Below, piece after piece: positions 28,944 to 38,009 of a stretch of DNA of 64,000 nt. This DNA comes from Promethearchaeota archaeon. Lineage in GTDB: Archaea; Asgardarchaeota; Lokiarchaeia; Sigyniarchaeales; SOKP01. Each line of letters starts with the position of its first letter. The first letter of the stretch is position 1. The translations under genes and the position numbers were made by a program. The stretch is from assembly GCA_004524535.1 (NCBI GenBank), contig SDNY01000001.1, positions 1 through 64,000 of the forward strand. The letters run 5' to 3'. The notes under the pieces are model-generated. The model saw only the letters and a program-made list of their open reading frames with translations. It was not told the DNA's origin and made no database searches.

Positions 28944-30113
28944 TCATTTAACTTCTAAACCAGCTTTAGCACCATCTGATAATAAATTTATCATACTTTC
29001 AGTGTAATCATTTTCAATCTTGTAGAAAAGGCCATCACGACCAAACGTAATACTACAAATAAATTTATGGATCTTTGTAATAGTTGGAATATTTTCGACA
29101 TATTTTTTGATCAATGGATGAAAATTCACTGGAGCTTGCTCTTCTTCAGGAAAACCGATTCCAAAACAGATTCGCTCTACCCTATCACTATCCCAGTTAA
29201 AAGTGTAATAGATAGTCAAAGCCTCACAACATTTTTTCATTACTTCCGGCGGGCCAATTTCGAAATTTAGCTCTTTGAGTAAAGTTTCATAAACTTCTTG
29301 TCTAGCTTTTGACGGATCTTTAATCATGAAGTAGATATTTGTAGAATTATTACGAAAATCAAGACCAAAGACACTAAAAACATTAAGTCCATGTTTTTCA
29401 AAATAATCTCTATGTTTATTAATACTATTTGGGATTGTAGACATTGAATATGTTGGTTCAAATGGACTAGGGACGATGAACGGCCAGATTTTAGACAAAC
29501 CAGTCCTTACATCCAAATCAACACCCCACCCCAATATATCAAAGGTTGATAAAATCTCTGGAATCATCTTATGAATTGGATGCCCATTTTTTTCAATTAA
29601 TCCTTCATTAATTGCAGTTGTGTAAGGATCTGGATTGTGAGGTATCATATGCTCTAAATATCGTACTGAAATGTCTCTTTTTTCTTTTGGTTTTGTGGTT
29701 GTTCGGATTGTAACCGTCGAACCAGTATAAAAATCCTTGTAAGCATTTAATACATTCCATATCGCTTTTTCATCACATATAACTTCTGCAAGTTCCCCTA
29801 TTTTTAATATGTGATCAACCAATTGTTTTAGATCTGTATTAAATTTATATGTACACTTTATCTTTGCAAGATATTTGTCAAGATCAACATTTAACCTTTT
29901 CAAATCCTCTTTCATCATGTCTTGAAAAGCTGGTGGGGTAACTTCAAACATAGAGATAACAAGATCTACCTCAGCTACAGCTTTTCCATTTCGCTCCATA
30001 CATTTCTTCTCTGCAGCTTCACGAACTACGGGGCCAACTATAGGTCTAACTGTTTCTGGAGTTCCCGCTACAATTTCTTCATAAAGCTTTTTAACTTCTG
30101 GTTGCCATTCCAT
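28944..30113 (-). CDS. Soluble ABBA-type aromatic prenyltransferase (NphB/CloQ/PpzP family) with N-terminal DUF2621-like domain
   Basis: IRTTT...ISVRY, GVDLDVRTGLSKIW, FGLDFRNNSTNIYF, IYYTFNWDSDRVERICF, YKIENDY match the PT-barrel strands in order. Confidence 0.82.
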   Translation of the reverse strand: MEWQPEVKKLYEEIVAGTPETVRPIVGPVVREAAEKKCMERNGKAVAEVDLVISMFEVTPPAFQDMMKEDLKRLNVDLDKYLAKIKCTYKFNTDLKQLVDHILKIGELAEVICDEKAIWNVLNAYKDFYTGSTVTIRTTTKPKEKRDISVRYLEHMIPHNPDPYTTAINEGLIEKNGHPIHKMIPEILSTFDILGWGVDLDVRTGLSKIWPFIVPSPFEPTYSMSTIPNSINKHRDYFEKHGLNVFSVFGLDFRNNSTNIYFMIKDPSKARQEVYETLLKELNFEIGPPEVMKKCCEALTIYYTFNWDSDRVERICFGIGFPEEEQAPVNFHPLIKKYVENIPTITKIHKFICSITFGRDGLFYKIENDYTESMINLLSDGAKAGLEVK

Positions 30114-30182
30114 TTTTAATATTTACCTTCTTTTTCTGAAATTTTTTTTATTTAATTCTTTCATTTTTTTTAAGATTTTTAA

Positions 30183-31604
30183 TTAATTTTGATATTTAGC
30201 AAATTGAATTTGGCCCATTTCATTAAATCCTTCTGGATTATTTAAGCCAATTCCGGGTGCGAACCATCCTGAATTTTTTTCACAATATTCTCTTATTATT
30301 TGAAATAAATCGAATTCTTTGATTTTTGGAGAGATATAAAATTTAGGTTTTAACAGGTTCTCTCCATTTTTTAACACTCCATCTTGTACTGCGATGCGCT
30401 GGAGAGGGGTATGTGGGTAAATTCTCATTCCTGAAAAAATAACCACATCATTATCACCTTCCCACACCTCTCCCCTAAAATTTTCGATTGTTTCTAATTG
30501 ATTAAATGAAGCACGAACGGTTTCAACAGTTTCATCTGGTCCTCCAACAATTATATGAATTAATTGTTCAATTTCTAAATCAAAACATCTTTTTGAAGTA
30601 AGGATAGCATCATCTGGAGTCCTCTTTTGCTTTATATTTCTCAAAATCTCCTCTGATAAAGATTCAAAACCTGTATCAAGATGAGTAACCCCACTTTCCT
30701 TCATGAGGGGCATTAAATCAACAAATTCTTTATTGGGATCGTAATTTGCCCCCCATTTTAAATCGATTTTGCGTTTTATTATTTCTTGGCATATCTCTTT
30801 TAGATTTTGGTAATTTAAATTGAGAACACCATCAACAAAAAAAACATTATTAATTCCTAAATTATTTACAATAAATTCAAGTTCATCAGCTATTCTTTTG
30901 GGAGATCGATACCGAACGGTCGAACCTTCAATATATCTATAACTACAATAGATACATTTATGAGGACAACCACGCTTTGTTTGAACATTTCCCCAAATAG
31001 CACCTGTTTTATTCATACAATAGATATATTCATTATTATCTACCAACTCTCTAGCAGGATTTGGCAGATCATCAAGATTTTTAACGCGCCATGGTGGTTT
31101 TTGATGATAATTTCCTTTTCCATCTATAAAACATACACCTTTTTCTATTTTTCTAGGATCTTCATCCTTTTTAATATGTTTTAAAATTTCAATAAAAACA
31201 TATTCACCATCTCCAACGACACCAATATCGTGGTTTAAATCCCTAAGAATCTCTTCTGAAAAAATTGAGAAACCAGCACCACCTAAAACTATTGGAATAT
31301 CTGGTTCAGCAATCTCTTTTATATACTGAATAATACGCTTAGCTGGTAAGTAAAAAAATAGATTTGCTGGATAAGTTGTTGAATCAATATTACGAATAGA
31401 GATACCTATTAATTGAGGATTAAAATCATCTATTGCTTTTGTGATATCATTCTTTGAATCGTTACTAAGAGTTAAATCCCTTAGCATTACTTCATGTCCT
31501 TTAGAAAGAAGATAGGACGCAATATATGCTTCTCCTATAGGTGGGACCATTACATGTACTAGTTCCCGACTCCCAGAAAATATTAATACTCGCATAATCC
31601 TCAC
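30183..31604 (-). CDS. B12-binding-domain radical SAM enzyme (resembles the lipid-biosynthesis type)
   Basis: PPIG, ISIRNID, VLGGAGFS, GDGE, QTKRGCPHKCIYC. Confidence 0.88.
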   Translation of the reverse strand: MRIMRVLIFSGSRELVHVMVPPIGEAYIASYLLSKGHEVMLRDLTLSNDSKNDITKAIDDFNPQLIGISIRNIDSTTYPANLFFYLPAKRIIQYIKEIAEPDIPIVLGGAGFSIFSEEILRDLNHDIGVVGDGEYVFIEILKHIKKDEDPRKIEKGVCFIDGKGNYHQKPPWRVKNLDDLPNPARELVDNNEYIYCMNKTGAIWGNVQTKRGCPHKCIYCSYRYIEGSTVRYRSPKRIADELEFIVNNLGINNVFFVDGVLNLNYQNLKEICQEIIKRKIDLKWGANYDPNKEFVDLMPLMKESGVTHLDTGFESLSEEILRNIKQKRTPDDAILTSKRCFDLEIEQLIHIIVGGPDETVETVRASFNQLETIENFRGEVWEGDNDVVIFSGMRIYPHTPLQRIAVQDGVLKNGENLLKPKFYISPKIKEFDLFQIIREYCEKNSGWFAPGIGLNNPEGFNEMGQIQFAKYQN

Positions 31605-31641
31605 CTCTCTCTTATTCGCAATTTATTGAATCCTTTATTAA

Positions 31642-33036
31642 TTATTCAATTATTAATTCTTCACGAGAATTATCTCTCTTATGGTCATGATCATTTTCAT
31701 GCCAACAATATGAAAATGGTCCGAATATATCACCCGTTTCACATTCAGCATGCACGCGACAACCTCCACCACAATACTGAAGATGATGACAAGATGCACA
31801 TTTTCCATTACGTTTTTTTCTGTCTCTGATGTCTTTAAATAGTTGGGAGTTAAGTACATCTTCAAAGCTGTCCTCTAAAGCATTACCGAGAGTGGTTTTT
31901 GTTGGATAGCCACATGGATAAATAGTACCGTCCACCCCAACACCCATCATTGTTCTGCATGCCAAGCATCCTATCCCCCATTCAATTGTAGCCAATTCCT
32001 TATCATCTCTTATTTCCTCCACAAAGGGGGTCATCTCATATATTTCATAAATGGGTAATGTACCTGCTTCGCCTTCTCTTATTTTTTCAATAGCATGCTT
32101 GAATTTGAAATCATATAATTTTTTATATTCCTCTTGACTGAGTCCGATTTGATCCCAAAATTCAGATGCTCGATTTTGTTTTACTACAGCTCTAAAAAAT
32201 GTTTCTGCCCCCCATTCTTCTGATAATGCCTTAAGTTTATCTAGCTCATTAATGTTTTGCTTCATTATTGTAATTGAAGTACATACAAATAATCCATATT
32301 TCAAGCAATTTTTTATTGCTTTTTCTGCATATTCTAATGAATTAGTAAATCCACGGATTTCATCATTTTTTTTGGGATCTGCGCTTTCAAAACTAACAAA
32401 CACATGACTCATATCATTATGCTTAGCCATTTTGGCAAATTTCTCATCAAATTTTACACCGTTGGTTATAATAGCATGAATATAACCCTTTTCTTTACAA
32501 AATTTCATAATTTCGGAAATATCTTCGCGTAAAGTAGGTTCACCTCCAAACCATATATAACATCCATGTCTTCCTTGTTTTTGTAATCCTGTTTCCAAGT
32601 TTTCTATTATTTGGAACCATTCTTTTGTTGAAAGCTCAGGGCGAGGTATATAATCATCTACAGCACAATGTAAACATTTCATATTACATCTATCAGTAAG
32701 ATACATTGCAAAATGTACATTACCTGGACGAAAAGCTCTTATAATATTTTCCCAACTAACTTTGATTCGATCCATGATATCCTTCAGTACAATATACCGT
32801 TCAACATCAACTCCCAGTGATGTCAAATCCTCAACCGTCGTTGGTTTAAATGCTTCAGGAGTTACATCAAATATCCCAGTGACCAAATCAGCTTCATTGA
32901 TATTGGAACCGTTCCGTTCATTGCATTTATTCTCGGCAGCTTTTATTATCATCGGCTTTACAGAAGGACGAATTCCTTCGGGAATTTTTTCTATAATTTT
33001 ATTAAATAATTCTTCTGTTTTTTTTTCCCAATCCAA
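31642..33036 (-). CDS. Radical SAM/SPASM protein with N-terminal DUF2621-like domain
   Basis: CNMKCLHC, FGGEPTLR; SPASM GC...IYPC...CASC...CGGGCR. Confidence 0.9.
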   Translation of the reverse strand: MDWEKKTEELFNKIIEKIPEGIRPSVKPMIIKAAENKCNERNGSNINEADLVTGIFDVTPEAFKPTTVEDLTSLGVDVERYIVLKDIMDRIKVSWENIIRAFRPGNVHFAMYLTDRCNMKCLHCAVDDYIPRPELSTKEWFQIIENLETGLQKQGRHGCYIWFGGEPTLREDISEIMKFCKEKGYIHAIITNGVKFDEKFAKMAKHNDMSHVFVSFESADPKKNDEIRGFTNSLEYAEKAIKNCLKYGLFVCTSITIMKQNINELDKLKALSEEWGAETFFRAVVKQNRASEFWDQIGLSQEEYKKLYDFKFKHAIEKIREGEAGTLPIYEIYEMTPFVEEIRDDKELATIEWGIGCLACRTMMGVGVDGTIYPCGYPTKTTLGNALEDSFEDVLNSQLFKDIRDRKKRNGKCASCHHLQYCGGGCRVHAECETGDIFGPFSYCWHENDHDHKRDNSREELIIE

Positions 33037-33042
33037 AAATTA

Positions 33043-34416
33043 TCACCTTGATTTGCAATTTTCATGTTCATGGTCATCTTCATGCCAACAGAAAGGAAGA
33101 GATTCTAGAAAATCACCGGTTTCGTTCTCTGCGTGGCATCTGCAACCACCCCCACATAATTCGAGGTGATGACAAGATGCGCACCGCCCTTTTATATTTC
33201 TATCTCTAATATCTTTGAAAAGCTTTGATTCCATTATTTCATTGAAATCTTGCTTTAGCACATTGCCCAAGGTTAATTGGGATGGATAATCGCATGGGAA
33301 GAAATCTCCATTAATATCAATACCTGAGACTGAACGACATGCTTGACATCCTACCCCCCATTCTAAAGCTGTTCGCTCTTCATCGTTGACAGGGCATTCC
33401 ATGAAAGGTACCATGTCATACATAAGAAACTTATGGATACCACGCACTTCCCCTTTTCTGATTGCATCAGTAATTTTACTATATTTAAAGGTATAAAATT
33501 GCCGGTATTCATCCAAATTTAACCCTATTTCATCCCAGTTTATATCAGCAGATCTTTGTTTAATAATTGCTCTGAAATATACTATTACACCCATAGATTC
33601 TAATCTGTCTTTTATTTTTTCCAACTCATCAAAATTTTCTTTTTGCGCAGTTGCGGTACAAATAGTAAGATTACCATATTTTAGAGATAATTTAATTGCT
33701 TTTTCAGCTGCTTCATATGCGTTTGGAACGCCTCTAATCTTCGCAGCTCTTTCAGGATCCACGCTATCGTAGCTAATAAAGACATGACTGATTTTAACCT
33801 CAGCACATAATTTTGCAAGTTCCTCATCAAATAACATACCATTTGTAGAAACAGCTTGATAATATCCCTTTTCACCACAATACCTTATCAAATCATTGAG
33901 ATCCTTGCGAAGAGTAGGCTCTCCACCAAACCATATATAACAACCTCGACGACCACGTTTTCGTAATGTTTCCTCGACATTTTCGATAATGTCAATCCAT
34001 TGTTCTGTTGATAATTCTGGACGATTCTCTATCACTGAAGCACCACAATGGCGGCATTTTTGGTTGCATCGATCAGTTAGATACATTGTGAAATGATAAA
34101 CTCCTGGGATAAATGCAGCGCTTACATCGTCCCATGAACGTGCATGTGCCTTCATAATTTCTGATAATTGTATATACCGATCTGTATCTATTCCTAAATC
34201 TTTCAAATCATTAACTACAGTTGGTTTAAACGGTTCCGGTGTAATCTCAAACAGTGCGGATAATAAATCATCTTTTCCTACAAATCTAGAATTCCTAAGC
34301 CTTGCTGTTTTTTCAGCGGTTTCATGCAACATAGGTTTAACTGCTGAACGAAACGCCTCAGGAACCTGATCTGTGATTTTCCCGAACAAATTCTCAACTT
34401 CTTGTTCCCATTCCAT
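33043..34416 (-). CDS. Radical SAM/SPASM protein with N-terminal DUF2621-like domain (paralog of the downstream gene)
   Basis: CNQKCRHC, FGGEPTLR; SPASM GC...FFPC...CASC...CGGGCR. Confidence 0.9.
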   Translation of the reverse strand: MEWEQEVENLFGKITDQVPEAFRSAVKPMLHETAEKTARLRNSRFVGKDDLLSALFEITPEPFKPTVVNDLKDLGIDTDRYIQLSEIMKAHARSWDDVSAAFIPGVYHFTMYLTDRCNQKCRHCGASVIENRPELSTEQWIDIIENVEETLRKRGRRGCYIWFGGEPTLRKDLNDLIRYCGEKGYYQAVSTNGMLFDEELAKLCAEVKISHVFISYDSVDPERAAKIRGVPNAYEAAEKAIKLSLKYGNLTICTATAQKENFDELEKIKDRLESMGVIVYFRAIIKQRSADINWDEIGLNLDEYRQFYTFKYSKITDAIRKGEVRGIHKFLMYDMVPFMECPVNDEERTALEWGVGCQACRSVSGIDINGDFFPCDYPSQLTLGNVLKQDFNEIMESKLFKDIRDRNIKGRCASCHHLELCGGGCRCHAENETGDFLESLPFCWHEDDHEHENCKSR

Positions 34417-34527
34417 TTTTGCTCAACCTAATCTGAATTTTTCACTCTTATTGTTTTTTTAAAAAAATGCTTTTTTTTTTATTTAAAATTGAAATAATTT
34501 TATAATTGCAATTTATGATATTTTTAA

Positions 34528-35241
34528 TCATTTTTTTCCCTCCCAAATGACATATTCATTAAAATCAGAAATATAATTAATTTTGAGATGAGGATAGGAA
34601 TTATTAGAAAGATAAATCCCTGGTTTTTCAAAAAGAGAATACTTCGCTAAATATAAAATTCTTTTGAAATAACAATTTAGTTTGAACTCAATTTTCCTAT
34701 AAGAAATCCTTTTTTGAAAAGTGTTATTTAAATATCTCTTGTTCCTCAAATTTATAAAGAAACTATTGATTCTCTCATTCTTTTTATAATTTCTATCAAT
34801 TTTTCTTATGAGTTCATCATCTATATACTGTTTTATTTGACTACTGAGATAAAAATAATAATGTGTTTCTTTAGACATAAAAGAGACTGTATCTAAATAA
34901 CGAAATGCTTGAGTATCACCATAAAATAATACTTTTTTAACATAATGATAACAGCAAGAATCAATAAAACAATAGATACTGATTATAATATAAATATCAC
35001 TTAATTGACCAATACTCAACGGAATAATTTGTTGCCCTTTAGGTAAAAACCATAAAATCTTTATATAAGGTAGATTCGGAATAAAAAGTGAATTACCACA
35101 TTTAAAGTAATCCTTTAATGAAGAAGACAAAGAGTTTATATTACTTAAAAACGTGTAGATCAATGTAACAAGGAAAAATGAAGAAAGAAACAGTAGAATC
35201 AAGAGTATTTTTAGTTTTTTAAATATTTTAATATTATACAT
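34528..35241 (-). CDS. Hypothetical protein with N-terminal hydrophobic segment
   Basis: 237-codon open frame in very AT-rich DNA; atypical composition, no family recognised. Confidence 0.4.
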   Translation of the reverse strand: MYNIKIFKKLKILLILLFLSSFFLVTLIYTFLSNINSLSSSLKDYFKCGNSLFIPNLPYIKILWFLPKGQQIIPLSIGQLSDIYIIISIYCFIDSCCYHYVKKVLFYGDTQAFRYLDTVSFMSKETHYYFYLSSQIKQYIDDELIRKIDRNYKKNERINSFFINLRNKRYLNNTFQKRISYRKIEFKLNCYFKRILYLAKYSLFEKPGIYLSNNSYPHLKINYISDFNEYVIWEGKK

Positions 35242-35334
35242 CTATTAATTACCTAATTCAATAATTAATTTGAATATTTTCTTAGTTCAAATAAATAATA
35301 TTTTTGTTTCATTAAATTTAATAGTATCGAGATC

Positions 35335-36825
35335 CTATTCATCCATTGTTTTAGTAAATTTCAATGATGATGTAAGAAACAAGGGCGCTGCATGTATTAA
35401 AAATAGTGTGTTTAAATTTTGAATATTAGTTCCAGTAATAAATCTCTTTTTGTAATTAATAACGTTATAAAAATAAGACTTTTTAGCTTTTTTAAATGCT
35501 TCAACGACTTCTAAAAACGAATTATATTTTAATTTTATTCCAAAACTCTCTGGAGATTCATGAGCAGGAGAACCAGGAAAAATATAGTAAGCCTCATTCA
35601 TTATTGTAATTGGCTTGAAATTTGATTTGCCATATTTTAATATACATTTCGATGCAAAAATAAAATCTTTCATAACATCAATAAAGGATTGAAAAGGATA
35701 ACCCATTGTCAACCAAATTCTTAATTTCGTTAGGTTTAAATTCGCATTTTTTATAGTATCTTTAATTTGATTTAAAGGGAAGTTAAATGTTGGATCGCAA
35801 ATTTTTGCTATTTTTTGATGCACACGATGAGAAGTTGTTCGAGGAGAAATACTAATTGATGAATCTCTCCGAGTAAATGTTTTAGAAAACATTTTCCACA
35901 TTTCTTTCGGAAAGGGAAGCCGCCAAATCTCCAAATCTCCACCTATATCAAGATTCTCTTTTTGCAACAGCTTAAGTATTTGCTCCCAATATTTTAAATT
36001 AGAAGGATAAGCACCATGGCCAAAAAAAATACTTGGAACTTTAAATTTGTTAAGAACATTGTTTATATCTTCTATAACCTTTTCTGGACTCCTAAGAACA
36101 ACATTGTTTCGCCCAGCTAACAGTTGTTGAGCTCTTTGACCTCCTCCACAAAGAGGACAATTAAATCGACATCCTCTTCCAATAGGGATAACGCCAGAGA
36201 TTCCCATCATCTTTCTGCTATTTTCAAAATAATATTTAGCATTTTTTAGGAGTGAAAAATTTGTAAAATTCAAATCATCTAAAGTCTTAGCTACATAGGA
36301 AATAGGATTTTCTTTAATATGTTTTGAAGAATCTTGATATGATAAATTGGGAACAGAATCTAATAATTTATTATGATTTACCTTTTGAATATATTGTAAA
36401 AATGGAGTTTCACCATCTCCACTAATGATCGCATCGATTTCTTTAAAGTACTTTAAAATATCATTACGATAATATGAGGCACTTAGACCTCCAAGAATAA
36501 TTTTAACATTTGAATTTACTGATTTTACAATTTTGGCAATCTCAATAACTGCATGCGAGTTATGTATCCAATGTAAATCAATTCCACATATATCAAAATT
36601 AATAGATTTGAGATAGTCTTTTAATGACCAATTAATATCTAAGAATTGCTCTAATGGATAATTTATAATTTTAACTCCAAAGCCCTCTCTTTCAAGTAGA
36701 TCGGCAATGGCAAAAACACCCATTGGAATGAAAAGGTACGATCCTCGAATAAATCTGGCCTTTTTACCATAATTATGTTTTAACGTACGAGGAGGATGAA
36801 TAAAAATTATGTCGTAGCTTTTCAA
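35335..36825 (-). CDS. B12-binding-domain radical SAM enzyme
   Basis: IPMG, GIDLHW, ILGGLSAS, GDGE, GRGCRFNCPLC. Confidence 0.88.
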   Translation of the reverse strand: MKSYDIIFIHPPRTLKHNYGKKARFIRGSYLFIPMGVFAIADLLEREGFGVKIINYPLEQFLDINWSLKDYLKSINFDICGIDLHWIHNSHAVIEIAKIVKSVNSNVKIILGGLSASYYRNDILKYFKEIDAIISGDGETPFLQYIQKVNHNKLLDSVPNLSYQDSSKHIKENPISYVAKTLDDLNFTNFSLLKNAKYYFENSRKMMGISGVIPIGRGCRFNCPLCGGGQRAQQLLAGRNNVVLRSPEKVIEDINNVLNKFKVPSIFFGHGAYPSNLKYWEQILKLLQKENLDIGGDLEIWRLPFPKEMWKMFSKTFTRRDSSISISPRTTSHRVHQKIAKICDPTFNFPLNQIKDTIKNANLNLTKLRIWLTMGYPFQSFIDVMKDFIFASKCILKYGKSNFKPITIMNEAYYIFPGSPAHESPESFGIKLKYNSFLEVVEAFKKAKKSYFYNVINYKKRFITGTNIQNLNTLFLIHAAPLFLTSSLKFTKTMDE

Positions 36826-37002
36826 GATGCCTACCGAAATTTTGAGAGGAATTAAATGTTAATTAAAATATGGTTTAGATATATAAATATTAAACTTTTT
36901 TAATTTTTTTACGAAAAAAAGAATCTCCAAATAGTTAAAAAACAAAATTTAAATATTTTTTAAACAATAGATTAAATTATTAACTGAGAACCAATAATAA
37001 AA

Positions 37003-37971
37003 ATGATTGATATAGCATCTATGCTCGAAAATATGAGTTTAGGAGATTTTTTGTTTATAATTGTATTTCCATTAGTTTTACTTTTACTACTTCTAATTAT
37101 TTTTATCAGTGGATTATTAAAAAAAAAAATAAAGCGAGACTTTATGAGTTTAGACGAATTCATAATGGATTGGCTTAGAGATCACGGACAAGCTCATAAG
37201 TTGGATGATCAATTTGCGAAAATGAGAAAGGACCCTGCTGGAAGAATTTATATGCCAATAACTTATCATGGAGCAAAATTTGCCATAAAATGCGGTTTAA
37301 CACCAAATAAAGTTTCTTATATAAATTTAATTTTATCATTTCTTATATTTTATGGGGTAATAATGGCTAGTCGGGGCCATACACTTGATTTATTTACTCA
37401 ACAGCCATATTATGGTGTTTGGTTTATTCCTCTTGCTTTTTTGGCTTTATTTACAGGAATTATTGATGGGATTGATGGAGCAATAGCTAGATTAACAGAA
37501 ACAAAGTCTAGAGCTGGTGCTTGGTTAGATAATGTGATTGATAGAATTAGTGATATATTATTATTAGTATGTCTAGTTCCAACCAGCTTTCTCGTCTTTC
37601 CTGAATATGGACTTGACTTTACATGGATAATTTGGACGAATATTTTTCTAATTTTTCTTTATGAATACATGAGATCCAGACATGAAGGTTTAGGTTTGCA
37701 TGAGGCGAAACCATTTGTGGGTGAAAGAATAACTCGTTTTTTTATTATCTTTACATTTTTTCTAATTTATGGCATTTCGAGTTTCTTTATATTAATTACT
37801 AATTGGATCGATCCCTCTGCTACTAAAATCTGGGCACATTCTCATGGTGGAACAATAAAATGGAATATGCTAATTTTTCAAATCAATTTATTATTGATTA
37901 TGGTCTTTTCATCAATTAAATTAGCACAATATAGTTTGAAAAACCTAAAAAAATTGGATGGAATCAAATAA
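37003..37971 (+). CDS. CDP-alcohol phosphatidyltransferase family protein
   Basis: TPN...DGIDGAIAR...GAWLDNVIDRISD signature. Confidence 0.9.
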   Translation: MIDIASMLENMSLGDFLFIIVFPLVLLLLLLIIFISGLLKKKIKRDFMSLDEFIMDWLRDHGQAHKLDDQFAKMRKDPAGRIYMPITYHGAKFAIKCGLTPNKVSYINLILSFLIFYGVIMASRGHTLDLFTQQPYYGVWFIPLAFLALFTGIIDGIDGAIARLTETKSRAGAWLDNVIDRISDILLLVCLVPTSFLVFPEYGLDFTWIIWTNIFLIFLYEYMRSRHEGLGLHEAKPFVGERITRFFIIFTFFLIYGISSFFILITNWIDPSATKIWAHSHGGTIKWNMLIFQINLLLIMVFSSIKLAQYSLKNLKKLDGIK

Positions 37972-38009
37972 TTTATAAGAGGTTTTAAATCATAAATTTC
38001 AGAAGTTTT

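Noticed and set aside
32762-33169. 135-aa plus-strand ORF and other short ORFs overlapping the rSAM genes, as RiPP precursors
   Set aside because: They lie antisense or out of frame within well-supported genes
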